64,000 nt of DNA from the human T2T-CHM13v2.0 reference genome, Homo sapiens, in the NCBI RefSeq assembly GCF_009914755.1, contig NC_060929.1. The stretch is one strand, 5' to 3'. Within the stretch, counting starts at the first letter, position 1; each line of letters starts with the position of its first letter. A model generated the notes under the pieces. That model ran no database searches. It was given only the letters and a program-made list of their open reading frames with translations, and was not told the DNA's origin. Positions 24,180-37,986 of this stretch are shown here, piece after piece. Position numbers and translations under genes: made by a program.

Positions 24180-24850
24180 GTGCCCCAGTGTTGCTCTTCT
24201 AATTGTCAGGATCCGAATTTTTCTTGATGATTGTCCTAATGTACCCATGAGATACAGTGAAGTTTTAAATTCAACCAACATTGTAATAAGGCAGCCCAAT
24301 AAGTAATCTCTGCGTTTGGTTTTCAGGAACCTCAGGCTCTAGCAATCATTGGAAAGGTTCTGAGTATTGTGCTGTGCTTTTGGGGAAGAATTTTAAGATT
24401 TGAACATGCCTTTCTTTCATTTTATTAGCTACCGCCTTCAAGACCAATTCTCCTGCCCCCATACACCAGAGATTTGCAAGGGAATACAAACCCTCAGAGA
24501 TGAGCCGTCTCATCACTACCTGCCATGGGTTGTCACCTTCACATCCTGGAATCTGCACATAAGTTTTACTGCCTTTTGTCTCATTGCAGCTTCTTCCACA
24601 AGCTTTTCCAGTTATTAAGGACAGCCAGTGGAGCACATTTTAGTGATTCCAGTGCTGCTCTCACATGAATCTAATTATCATGGCACGAGAAAAAGGAGAG
24701 GCTTCTGAACTCTGTTGTGATAGTAGTGAGAGGGTGAGTGGCAGGGATGCTTATTGTAGATCCAATCCAACATGACTGTCCTCTGAAAATCTGGGAATTT
24801 CTTTCTTAACCTGATGAAAATGAATAATTGAAGTTTAAAAAATATCATTT
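24180..24850 (-). mobile_element. ERV-L-like gag(-pro) relic, copy B
   Basis: MLDWIY motif (ERV-L MLEWIY). Nucleotide similarity of 24585-24853 to 23518-23765. Confidence 0.55.
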
Positions 24851-24927
24851 AATACAGTCAGTCCTTTTGAAACCACCATGTTTCCCAGAGGCACTATTGC
24901 CTCCCACTAACTCTTTGATACTAGTAT

Positions 24928-25200
24928 TTGAATTAGTCAGAGTTCCTTGGCTGCAAGCAATAGAAAGCAGCTTTGGCTCACCTAAGCTGAACAGGGTATT
25001 TGCTGAAAGAATACTGAGTCAAAACACTACTCAACCTCAGGAAGGACCAGAATTGGGGAAGCCCCACTTGACTCTGCAGATGTCTAAGTGTTCCCATTGG
25101 ATGACTCAGGTCCAACAGTCTTCAATTCCTATGTCCCCACCCAAGATTCAAATTCTCCAGAGGATATGATAAGCCTAGCTTGGAGCATCCACTATTGTGG
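24928..25200 (-). mobile_element. Old MLT1 LTR fragment
   Basis: attagtcagagttccttggctgcaagcaatagaaa terminus. Confidence 0.5.
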
Positions 25201-26652
25201 CAGGGTAAAGGAGGGGAATGTCTCATGATTGGTACATTTCAGAATCAGAAGCCAAAGATGTCCTCTGAGTTAGGTCCCTGCAGTGACCAGGTGGCACATA
25301 CATGTGAACATATACACACATCCACATGCATGCAAACAAAATAGTGGCCTTTTAACTTTCCACTTTAAATGCAAAGATTAGAATACTCATCATGTACTTT
25401 CTGTTACATGGTCGATCAGAAGTAATTTTGGGAAAATATTTTACAAAGACAAAGGATTGAAATGTATTTTTACCTTATACTTCAGGTTGTTGGTAATCTA
25501 ATTTACTATTACCTCCTACCACCCCTTGGGCAATGGTACAAAGAGGGCAGCCAATCTCTGACTTGCCCAGCTGCTAGAAGTTTAGCCCATAACCACTATA
25601 TCTCCACCCACCTTGCCTGCTGGAATGTTACGTGCTGAGACTGACCAATGAGCTTAGCACAGTGGCATATTGAGAATCATCCTTCCAGTTCTGCAAAAGG
25701 TAGCCCTGACTTAAACAAAGGAACTGACGGCAAGACAAGCCTGGCTAAGGGATTCTGTGAGGCTATGATCTGCTCAGCCCAGATACAGGGGTTCCTGAAT
25801 TTCCTTGCTTTGTTCAGCTCCTGTGTTTGTAAGGCTAGACCTGCAATGATTGTTCAGTAGATTTAGAAAAAGAAGGGGCTGCTGATTCTACCACATCCCC
25901 TATCTAGCCCTTGAGACTACCCTGACAGTCTGAAAAGGCCTCTAAAACTGGGCCCCACCTGTATTTGATGCAGCTGGTAGTCCTGTAGTTACAAGGGGCT
26001 TCTTAGTGGACATAAATCTGTAATAATTTAACTAGTGGAAGATCAGGATTGTTAGTTTTGCTTTTAGCAAATCTTTAATTTTACTTTTTATTTTTCAGAT
26101 CTTGTTGCAAATCTTTAGAGAGAAAAAGTGAATTCCCAGTATCTGAATGGGTGAGAGCAAATCATGCTAAGATTGGGACCTAATTTTAACCAGCGGGAGT
26201 TAGGCAAGAAAACTTCTGAGTAGAGACTGCTCTAGATAACATAAATGAATGAATGGAGTCCCCCTGTTTCACTCTGCTAATCCTGATACTTTCCCTCAGG
26301 GGCCTTGAGCACAATCACAACTCATTAATTATTTATCAGCTTATTGGTCTTATGCCAGTCTAATATGTTCTAGCTGGCAAGCCCATGGGAGTTGGGACTT
26401 TTCTACATTTACTCACCATTGGATCACCAGCACCCACCTACTGCCTGGCACACAGAGGGCACTCAGTGAATATTTCTTGATTGATTATGTAGCAGGGTTA
26501 TACATTGAACTCACACTGGATTTAAAGGTGCAGAATTGCTGCATTTTCTCAAACTGTTCTGCTCTGGCCTTCCTCATGAACCCCCCCATCCTCTTGGGTA
26601 ATACCTTATCTAGGGTACGAAGATACCTTAGATGTGACAATTGAAAGATGTT

Positions 26653-26936
26653 GCTGGGCACGGTGGCTCAAGCCTGCAATTTCAGCACTTTAGGAGGCTG
26701 AGGAGGGTGGATCGCTTGAGGCCGGGAGTTCAAGACCAGCCTGGCCAACACTGTTAAACCCTATCTCTACTAAAAATACAAAAATTAGCCAGGTGTGCCT
26801 GTAGTCTCAGCTACTCAGGAGGCTGAGGCACGAGAATCACCTGAACCTGAGAGGTGGAGGCTGCAGTGAGCCAAGATCACGCCACTACTACACTACAGCC
26901 AGGGTGACAGAGTGAGAGTTGGCCTAAAAAAAAAAA
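26653..26936 (+). mobile_element. Alu (S/J) with small deletion
   Basis: TSD GAAAGATGTT at 26643-26652 and 26937-26946. Confidence 0.93.
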
Positions 26937-26996
26937 GAAAGATGTTTCAGTTTCTTTTAGTTTAAATAGTATAAGTAGACAGAGCTGGTTTACATA

Positions 26997-27004
26997 GTGT
27001 GTGT

Positions 27005-27038
<34 letters not shown>
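26997..27038. repeat. (TG)n microsatellite
   Basis: Directly visible. Confidence 0.9.
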
Positions 27039-27040
<2 letters not shown>

Positions 27041-29373
27041 ATGTATGCCATCCTCTTTAGGAAAATGCTTAGTCTTCCTGAGCACTTTGTCCCTTTCCTG
27101 TGACCTTGTCTAAAATTATATCTGGGGGTAGGACCAGGTGCTTTGGCAGAAGGATGAAACCATTGAATCCAGGAAGTGTCCTCCGGAGTGTCCTCTGGTG
27201 TCCTCAGTGGTGTCTCTTGAGTTCTGGCCACATCCTGCCCTGCAGGCATGAGTGGCTGATGCCTGGGGCTGGTGGAGCTCAGTTTGTGATCCACTGGCCC
27301 AGTTCTTCTAGTTGGGTCAGGGCCTGGCAGTGCCTCTGCTGCAGCCTCACCTGGGCTCTTGCCAGTGCTATGGACCCTCTGAGTCTCTGCCACATGCCTC
27401 ATCCAAACCTCGATCTAAGCAATCTACTGCACAGCCTCTGAAGCAGGATGGCTTCTTTCCTCACCATGCCAACACCCACTAAGGCTGCCTGCTCTCAACA
27501 CAGCCTTCTTCACAGGGTCCCCTGTGTTGTATAGGAATCTCTGGGTCCTGACACCTGGGAACTAATAGAGAATTGGTAAAGTTAATCCCAGCCCTCCCTC
27601 TGTCTAATGAGGCTACTCCCTGTTGGTATGGGGCAAATGGAGAGATAATTGCCTCTTTCGTGTTCCAAACATCAGTTGGATGAGCATCTGCCCCTTAATT
27701 CATCTACCACACTTCCAGGTAAAGCCTGTAGAGGAGAACTGGGGCTCCCTGCCTTTTTCATTCTCTTCTCATAATTCCCCAGGCCTAGAGCTTTGGGCTG
27801 TCTACTCTTATGTCATATTTTCCTCCAACTTGACTGCAGCCTCATAGCTAAAATAAAATGGCAGACAGCACGCTGTAGAGAAAAAAGTGCCCAAGCTACA
27901 GATGAGGAATTTTAAATTGGGAAAGACTAGAAAATTATATATTTTGTAAGTAGATGGCTCCCTTCAGGCTTTCACTAATATTACAGTTTAAACTTTATTT
28001 TGCTATAAGATGTAAAATAGATGCTATGAGAGCATCTAATGTGGAAGTGAGTTATTGACCTAGTCAGGGCAGTCAGAGAAGGCTTCCAGGAGGAAGCGAA
28101 AAGCAAGCTAAGGACTATAGATTGTGCTAAAAGAATAGGGAAGTGTTTTCCCTGTGGAAGAAACAGCATGCCTAGGTGTCTTGTGGTCAGAAGGTGGCCC
28201 TTTACTATTCATTTTACCTTCAGTGATGGTTGATTGTCAATTTAACATATGAGAAGGATATAATCTGACCATAGGCTGAGCTAGGGCGAATGAGGACAAA
28301 TGGCAATGAAGACATTTTCTAATTACAATCTCCCATATAGTTCCAGTCTAATGGAGAACTATTTGTTAAATTAGTAGAGCTTGGTATCATTTTGTTAAAT
28401 GATTCTCTGATAATATTAACTTTTCTGCAAACTAGAAAGTAGGAAATTATTTTCTTTTTTTGAAAACAATGATTTCAAGGAGGCAATATTGCTTAAAGCA
28501 AAGAAATATTTTTAAATTCATAATAGGAATATAAAGCTGACCTTAAAAATTTTTTTATAGTGCTAAAATTTTATTTTCCTCTTTAGAGACATTGACTCAG
28601 TTTGATCTTTACAGAATATGTATGAAACACAATATAATAATCATTTAGATTAAAGAGGCTTATGATTAAAAACAGATGGATAAAATGTTTTATTATTGGG
28701 CATTTTGATATTTATGCTGACTAAATATTACTCTTGAACTTGTCTCCAAAGGTCCTGACAAAATGATGACAGCCCATCCCTTGTGAAAATTCAGCCCATC
28801 AGACAGTGTGAGAACATGAGCTCAGAATTTCATCTGATAATTTCCCATCTTTAATTCATTTTAGAATATGATACGCATAAGTGGAAAAAAAACAAAACCC
28901 AATGACTAGTGATTCATCCTTTTGTTGCCTTTAGCTTTATTCTCACAATAGCTTTTTGGAATTCTGTGACTTGTGTGGTATAGAATCTGACCCCATCAAG
29001 AAAGGCACAGAAAGATTATATAACATGTTACTCACCATCAGAATATCAATATGATTAGATAACTGCACACTGATGTTTCTGAAGAGATAAAAGAAAATTT
29101 GGTATGTTGGCAATCCTCAGATGACAATCATTTGTTATCTGCCCAATATATAAATTTCTCAACATACAGCTGATTAAGTAAGAGAAAGAAAAATATCCAC
29201 CAGTAATTCGACATATGTTATATTCAATATTGAGTGTGGATACTTTGCATTTTATGTATTTGCATAATTCCAGTGGAGAATAAGGTAAACTTTTATTTTT
29301 GAGGTTATAATATTTGTGATGAAAATGAACCTGTCCCTTATTCCTCACTCACCGCTTACATGTGATGAAGTAG

Positions 29374-29708
<335 letters not shown>

Positions 29709-31059
29709 GAATTGAGCTTTTTTCAGGCTAAACCATAAGTTTATGGCAAAGACAGTTTCTCAATTATGATCTACTATACATGTATATGTATGTATATGTA
29801 TAGGTACATATATGTATATGTATAGGTACATATAAATGTATATATATATATTTGGTTTGAAAATTCACTTCAGAAATTTGACGTGGGGAAAAAAGGAAAC
29901 AAGACAAGATAATGTGTTAAAGGTGAAAATGATAAAATGCTAGGGTGCAGAGAATAATCTCACATGAGCTTTCTTAATACTTGGGAATAAAACATAACAA
30001 CATGTTGTTCTTATATAACTCTGGTCTAGCTAATGGTATGTTATCTGTATATGGCACTACATAATACTGTGTTTTCCCTAAGCCCATGCATGACACTTTA
30101 CACTAATTTATAAAAAGAAAGCATGTTCCCATAGACCAATGCAAGAATACACACTGCAGTAGGTAGACAAGCTAAGGGGGCAGAAGTCCAACAATGTAGC
30201 TCTTTTTGAGGAACTTTGGTCACAAGATGAGGTCCTGCCACAGTATATGACCAGAGCTGCAAACAGTCGAGAAAACTGAGAATCTTGGGGGAAGGTGGTA
30301 TGCAGAGTTAAGCTTGGGTATGGGTGGCAAACCATAGGATGTGTGTGAGGGGCAACCATGAAGTGATATGTGAGATTTAACTCATGTGCCAAAAGTAAGT
30401 GTGATCCTCTCTGCCCTCAATGTTGTAGCCTAAGAAACCAATGTGCCAGGGCACAAAAGATTCTCTTGACCTCCTCCTTTGTTATTACTCAGCATATTCT
30501 TTTGAATATACTGGGGTGGAAAATTTTTTAGATTTAGGGGGACAGATGATTTTTAAGGAATTGCCAAATGCCATTGGATGGGGAGTAATTTATCTTTTTT
30601 TATTGTATTGCTATGTTTTTTCTTTCTAGAGAAAGAAGGGGAAAGAGAAAGGAGATTATTATAAAATAATGAGGCATTTTCTTGCATATCTTTGGAAAAT
30701 TTATTTTAAAATATTATGTACCTCATATATGTGTGCTCCTAAGTACAAAGCACGTCTACTCAAAAATTTATAATTACATAACATTACCAAATTGTTCTTA
30801 AAACAAGAAAGGTAGCTAATTTCTATCTGGACTACAGGTCTTGTGTGATTGGTTCATATGGAATATGTTCATAGTGCCCATGTCAAGTCTGGGGATGGAT
30901 AAAAATAGGAAAACAAAATACATGGACAAAGCATAAATCTTGGTGTCAGTATGCATAATAAATGAAAGCCTTAATTGCATCAAAAAATAAATATAGATGT
31001 AAGGAGCTGGCACAAACTCAGCACTCAATATGTGCAATCTGTCAGAGGATAGAGCTGCC

Positions 31060-31300
31060 ACAAAAGCTACCATTATGAGCATTTACTATGTACCAGATCT
31101 GCCAAATTGCTTTACACATATATCTTGCTTCTTTCTCAGGACGGTCCTATTACAGGGAAATTACTATTTTCCACTTCTAATATAGGGAGGTTTAGAGAGG
31201 TTAGATAAGTCAATTAAGGTCACACGGCTAACAGTAGCAAAGCCAGATTTTGAAACCATGTCTGTCCAACACCAGATTCTGCACTCTTAATCCCTTAACT
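31060..31300 (-). mobile_element. MIR
   Basis: gagcatttactatgtaccag...tgctttacaca...agagaggtta...aaggtcacac...gatttgaa. Confidence 0.75.
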
Positions 31301-31398
31301 CTCTTTTGTATGTTTTCTGCAAAAGTAAAAAAGGAATTGAAATGAATGTACTCTGCTCACATCGAAACTATTACACCAAAAGTCTGTTCCTTGGCTGA

Positions 31399-31401
<3 letters not shown>

Positions 31402-31441
<40 letters not shown>
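31402..31441. repeat. (CA)n microsatellite
   Basis: About 20 uninterrupted units. Confidence 0.95.
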
Positions 31442-31443
<2 letters not shown>

Positions 31444-32163
31444 CATGGCCCTTACTGACTTATACACCAGCTTACTCAGCTGAATGAGTACTTCCCTATT
31501 GTCTTTTATCTTTTGTCTTCCTTTACCTCCCTTCTTGACTGTCATCCTTCCCATCTGACTTTGCCTTAACTCCACTATTCCCATCTCTTTCACCTGAATC
31601 CCACCTTTACTTTTCTCCTTTCACAAAGGCAAAGACTTTGATGCTGGGGGTAAAAAGAAGAGAACCCGCAACCCCTAGCTGCCTCATCCTCCCCACCCAT
31701 AGGCCATTCAGCTGTGTCTGAGGCATCTTCTCGTTTCCCCAACAGCCTGCTTGCCAAATCCCCAAGCCCTTCTCCAGCTCACAGGCAAAGATGCCTAGAG
31801 TAATCTCAGTTTAGTTTTCCTCTACATTGTAGTTTATCCTGGTTTATGTCCTCCAAGACATAGCTCCACTATCTGTTTTCCTTTCCTAACGAGGTTAGGA
31901 GGAGGGAACATGAGAAATGAGGTGCAGGAAGAAAACTTTTCTACATTTAGATGGTTTCTAGAGTGTGTCACACTTCCAAATTGAAATGAGGCTTGTTAAA
32001 AGAGTACTCAGTAAGTGGGGCTGTTCACCTAACATTGCCTCCTCTGGGTATCAGAGTCATGACTGCATCAGTCAGGTGAGGTCCACAACTTGTCTATATT
32101 CCACAGTGCCCTAGGAGTTGGGGCAGGCGGAGGGTTCTTTAACTTCACATTTCATTAAAACAC

Positions 32164-32554
32164 TGTATTAGTCTGTTTTCACACTGCTATAAAGATACTA
32201 CCCAAGACTGGGTAATTTATAAACAAAGGAGGTTTAATTGACTCACAGTTCCACAGGCTTAACAAGAAGCATGGCTAGGAGGCCTCAGGTGAAACTTACA
32301 ATCATGGCAGAAGGCGAATGGGAAGCAGGCACCTTCTTCACAAGGCGCAAGAGGGCGTGTGTGTAGGAGGAACTGTCAAACACTTATAAAACCATCAGAT
32401 CTTGTGAGTACTCACTATCACAAGAACAGCATAAGGAAACCACCTCCATGATCCAGTCACCTCCCACCAGATCCCACCCTCAACACGTGGGGATTATGGG
32501 GATTACAGTTTGAGACGAGATTTGGGTGGGGACACAGAGCCACACCATATATCA
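32164..32554 (-). mobile_element. MSTA-like MaLR solo LTR
   Basis: TGTATTAGTC...CCATATATCA, with 5-bp TSD AACAC. Confidence 0.9.
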
Positions 32555-33975
32555 AACACCAATAGCATTTTTAAGTAATGATTACATCAACACTATAAAA
32601 TAAGAACTGATTTAGCTATGCTTATGTATAAACAATAAACAAATGCTATATAATGTTCCTGATGTAAATGTCCAATTCTTTCATAACTTAAGAATAGCTT
32701 TATAACATTGTTGGCTAAGAATAGCTAAGAGAGTCGTCTAATAGTCTCTGTTCTGCTCAAGTAAACATCTCTTCTATAACACATTATCCGAATTCTGCTT
32801 ATCTTTGATTTTTAATGATTCCCAGGCTGTTCCTGTACCATACTGAGATGTCACCTCTCTGTGTGAGGGCCCCTATTGCTAGCCAGTAAATGATCCCTAT
32901 CTGCAACTACTTAAAGTTCAGATTTTAAACAACAAAAGTCATTGTCATAGAATTGCCAATGTGTGTTTTCAATATACTCACCAAGATGCCTGGCACTAAG
33001 TACTTGTTGCTCCAAGAATAGCGTCAGGCAAGTAATAGGGGCCTAGTAAAATGAGGTTAAGGAGAAAAAAAAAGCAATTTCTTAGAAGGATGGGGATGAT
33101 GTGGGTAGCTTATAGTTCCTAAAGGCAAGAAACTCAACTAGCCTCCCCAAGTTACTCTGTCCACAGTCACAGGATCTCTTGTTTCCAATTTTCTCTGGGC
33201 AAAGGCTTCATTCTCTCTCTTCCAGGCTGGCTCTCTCTGCTTATCCCAGCACACAGGAGGATATAGCCACTGCACCAGCCCTAGTTGTTCTTCCCTTCCA
33301 ATTCGTACATTCAATAAAGACTTAGAGTTTGTGTGTGCCTAATCCACATTTGCAGGAAAATGAACAGATTGATCAGCAGAAATTGGGTTTCCATCGGGTC
33401 CAACACACCAAGGGAGGGGGCCAACATGGGAGCCCACGAGAGAAGGAGGTGAGGAAGGGTTCTCAAAGGAGAAGGGTAGAATGAGGAGAACAATGGGATA
33501 AATGGCTTCACTTATTTCTGATCGCTCTGTTCTGCATGCTTTTACACTCTTGGGCAGGACAAATAATTTTTTTAAACCAGAGCCCAAGAGGCAAACTGAT
33601 CAACCACTGGGCTTAATAATGGATGTTAGGACATGTCCCATATATTACCATTAAACGTGCTCCTGATAATACCTTTTCAAGGATATAGCTGTTTAACGAT
33701 GGTATCCTCTTGGTTCAGACACATAGAAGCTAAGAGGGGAGAACCAAACCTCTTTGTTCATGAGCCAAGAATGAAAGGAACAGCAATTAAAAGAAGTTAG
33801 TTGTATCTTATTCCCCCATTCTAGGTTGTTATCTCTTATCAGGACTTAAATTCTATCCAAGGGAAGCTCTCTTCCTGACATAGTGGAGGCCAGAAGTCAG
33901 TCAACTAATTTTTTTAGAGTCAGTTAAATGTGAAATTATAAAAAATACATATATACCTTAAACATTTAATTTAAA

Positions 33976-34272
33976 TTTTTTTTTTTTTTGAGACACAGTC
34001 TCGCTCTGTCACCCAGGCTGGAGTGCAGTGGCATGATCTCGGCTCACTGAAAGCTCCGCCTCCCAGGTTGACGCCATTCTCCTGCCTCAGCCTCCTGAGT
34101 TGCTGGGACTACAGGCACCCCCACCATGCCCAGCTAATTTCTTTTTGTATGTTTAGTAGAGACGGGGTTTCACCATGTTAGCCAGGATGGTCTTGATCTC
34201 CTGACCTCCTGATCCACCTGCCTCAGCCTCCCAAAGTGCTGGGATTACAGGTGTGAGCCACTGCACCTGGCC
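33976..34272 (-). mobile_element. AluY
   Basis: Y diagnostics. TSD TAAACATTT. Confidence 0.95.
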
Positions 34273-34753
34273 TAAACATTTTATTTTAACTTAAAACATG
34301 TAAAGGCATATTCATTTGCAAATCTTTTGATGCAGCCCTGAGGCCTTTTCTTTGAATATGGAATCATTGTTTGGTATTTTGTTCCACATTGCTTCTCTAA
34401 ACCACATTTATTTTTTCTGATCTCCAGATATGGTTTATTTAAAGTGGAATGAAGATTTAAAGACTCATAAAAGAGTACAAAACAGTAGATGTTCACTAAT
34501 TTTTCTCTTTCAAGAACATTTTTTAGTGACTTATCTTCATTGACTTTCTAAAATATTCAATATGGTTGTCATAGAAACAATCATTCCTTTTCTTTTGCCC
34601 TCATATTTCACTGGTAAACATAATCATTAATTAAAATCTGTAAATAGAGTGACAAGTACAATTGTCATGAACAGGTGTGAGAACTAGCCCCACAGTCTCT
34701 CAGTAAGGATGCAGCTCAGCTTAGGGGAGGGGAGTTTGCAGCGTGCACAGGAG

Positions 34754-34943
34754 CAGTGTCTTCTCAAACTTGAGTGTGCCTCAGAATCACCTGGAAGGTT
34801 TGTGAAAACACAGGTTGCAGTGTTTTAGCAATTCCAGGAGGTCTGGGTTAAGTAAATCCAGGAGGCCTGAGAATTTGAATTTCTATTAACTTATTGGGGC
34901 TGCCAATGCTTCTGGTCTGGGGGCCATACTCTGAGAACTACTG
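34754..34943 (-). mobile_element. MER5A
   Basis: ttctcaaacttgagtgtgc.tcagaatcacctgga...gggccatactctgagaactactg. Confidence 0.85.
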
Positions 34944-36664
34944 TTCTAGTGAGTGACCCAGTAGCTATGAGCATTCAGCAGGTCATGGCAACAGTTTGAA
35001 TGCTTTTCAGAGTGACTGGAGAGTGCCACGCAATCCTGCAGGCTGATTACATAAAGTTTGTTAGGAGAGTTTGCCCTGTGATTCTTCTCTGTTATTCTCT
35101 CATATTGCTTATCCAGGTGACCCGTGTTTAGCTGCTGAGGTTCAGTCACCCTGGGCTCTGGTTCCATCTGCAATGGATGACCATGTAAATGACCATGTGC
35201 TCTCGGCTAGCTATTTAATTTTAATGAACCCCAGTTTACTTATCTGTAGAAAACGGGATGATAACTTTTTTAAGGGACAAAGGACCTTGTTACTCATTGC
35301 ACAGCAGGCAACATGAGCATCAACTTGTTTGTGTTGATTTCCCTTGCCACCAAGTCCCATAGGGTGACACAATATGGGCTATATGGATGCTAGGCACACA
35401 GTGGGTTTGTGTTGTAGCTAAGGAACACTGAGCTTTGGGAATCCATTGCTTTATAGCAAGCACTAAATAAGCCTACTCTTGGTGTGGAGGAAGATTGTAT
35501 CTTATCTCTCAAATTTACCAGCACATAAAATAACCTTGAGAAATTGCCCCATAACAGAGCAATCAGTCTTACAGTCTTGCCACACCCAGAAGAAGAGTGC
35601 CAGGGGCCCAAGGAGGACTGGCTGTTCCCGCACTGTGCACTTATGCAAAGTGCAGAATTGCTGTATCCAAGCATATTCCCATTTTACAACTTGACATCCA
35701 TTGCCAAATTGCCCTTCAAAAAACTTTTACCAAGTTACATTCCCAGCAAGGACCCATTTTCTTATGTTCTTACTACACTGAGTATTATCCTCCTTTTGAT
35801 CTTTGCAATTTTATAGGTCAAAGACAAATTCTTGTTTCACTTGTGTCTCTGTGATCAATAGTGAGATTGGACACCTTTTTACACTCATTAGTCATTTGTA
35901 TTTTTTCTGTTGTGAATGTAATGTGCTGATTTTCTCAGAACTGGTTGGCTTGGCTCTTCTCCTTGGACCCATGAAGAATGCAGCCTGGACCTGGTCTTAT
36001 GTGCTGAGTATCTATTATGAGCAAGGCTCTGGTCTCTGTCCTTGAGCTTCTCCACAGTAGTTGGGAAAATGAACCACACTCAAGTACAGGGGAACTTACG
36101 ATGCCAGCCTCTGAATCCTAAGGGACGAATGTATAACACAATCATTTATTCAGTCAGCCATCACAGAGCCCCTTCTAGTATCAGGCATTTCTCCAGGTCC
36201 CAGAGATATAAGAACCAGACATATTTCTGCTCCTGAGGCACTCACTGTCTGGTAAAGAACAGGCAAGTAGAATACAGTGTGAGGAGGAGCTATGATAATA
36301 GGAGTGTACATGGGGTGCTATGGCAGCAAATCAGGAAGTGATAATTTTTATGTTTTCTAATTTATATAACTTTGTGAGTAATGAGAATACAAAAGATAAT
36401 ATACAGCTCAAAAAACTATAAGATGTTATTAGGGATGGCATGATACTATGAGAGGATTGTAGTATTTGGAATCAGACATACAAGAGTTGGTATCTCATTT
36501 CAGCCACTTTCTAACTATGTGATCTTGAGGAAGTTTCTTAATAATATCTTCTTCATAGAATCACAATGAGTCACAAAAATAATACAAAGTCCTATCTATT
36601 TGTGGGGCCTGGAGATCTACATATCATATTTATAAATAGTTAAAAGTTTAAATCAAGTTAGTGA

Positions 36665-37598
36665 TAGATCGAATGCAATTTCTATCAAAATTTCAGTTGC
36701 CTTCTTTGCATAAATTGACAAGCGGATCCTAAAATTCATATGGATATGTAAAGAACTTCAAATAGCCAAAATAATCTTGAGAAAGAAAAACAATTGGAGG
36801 ATTCACACTTATCACAAAACTCACTACACAACTACAGTAATCAAGACATAAAAATCAAGACATTAAAAATAGACATACAAACCAATAGAATGGAATTGAG
36901 AGGCCAAAAATAAAACATTACGTTTACAGCCAATTGTGCTAAGACAATTCAGTGGGGGAAAGAGTAGGCTTTTCAATAAATGGTGCTGGTACAACTAGAT
37001 GAAGCTGAGACCCCTTCCTCACACAAACATAAATGAACTAAAAATGAACTATAGATCTAAATGTAAGAGCTTACACTATAAAACCTTCATGAGAAAGCAA
37101 AGGTGTACATTTTCATGACTTTTGATTAAGGAATCTTTTTTTTTTTTTTTTTTTTTTTTTGGAGAAGGAGTTTCACTCTTGTTGCCCAGGACTAGAGTGC
37201 AGTGATGTGATCTTGGCTTACTGCAACCTCTGCCTTCCTGTTTCAAGTGATTCTCCTGCCTCAGCCTCTGGAGTAGCTGAGACTACAGGCGCCTGCCACC
37301 ATGCCTGGCTAATTTATGTATTTTTAATAGAGATAGGATTTCACCATGTTGGCCAGGCTGGTCTCGAACTCCTGACCTCGTGATCCACCCATCTCCGCCT
37401 CCCAAAGTGCTGGGATTACAGGCATGAGCCACCACGCCCAGCCTAAAAAATGGTCTTTTAAATATGAACAAAAAGCAGAAAGCAACCAAAGAAAATATAA
37501 ATAAATTAAACTTCAAAGTTAGAAGTTCTTGTGCTTCAAAGGACACTACAACAAAAATATAAGGTCAACCCACTGAATGTGAGAAAACATTTGCAAAT
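36665..37598 (+). mobile_element. L1M ORF2 3' fragment; target of the Alu and HERV-H; resumes at about 42194-42300
   Basis: aaattgacaag..atcctaaaattcatatgga, tttcaataaatggtgctgg, gagaaaacatttgcaaat|catacatctga. Confidence 0.75.
37136..37443 (-). mobile_element. AluS
   Basis: Full dimer with T-run. Confidence 0.93.
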
Positions 37599-37986
37599 TG
37601 TCAGGCCTCTGAGCCCAAGCAAAGCCAGCATATGCCCTGTGACCTGCACGTATACATCCAGATGACCTGAAGCAACTGAAGATCCACAAAAGAAGAGAAA
37701 ATAGCCTTAACTGATGACATTCCACCATTGTGATTTGTTCCTGCCCCATCCTAACTGACATGATATAGTCTCCCCTGCCCTTAAGAAGGTGCTTTGTAAT
37801 ATTCTCCCCAGCCCTTAAGAATGTACTTTGTATGCCTATCCCAAACCTATAAGAACTAATGATAATCCTACTACCCTTTGCTGACTTCTTTTTTGGACTC
37901 AGCCCGCCGGCACCCAGGTGAAATAAACAGCCTTATTGCTCACACAAAGCCTGCTTGGTGCTCTCTTCACACAGACGCGTGTGACA
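37599..37986 (+). mobile_element. HERV-H 5' LTR
   Basis: TGTCAGGCCTCTGAGCCCAAG...AATAAACAGCC...GTGTGACA. Confidence 0.95.

Noticed and set aside
26962-27441. 146-aa and 113-aa opposing ORFs
   Set aside because: No recognisable domain; one runs through a (TG)n repeat; no splice or promoter support.
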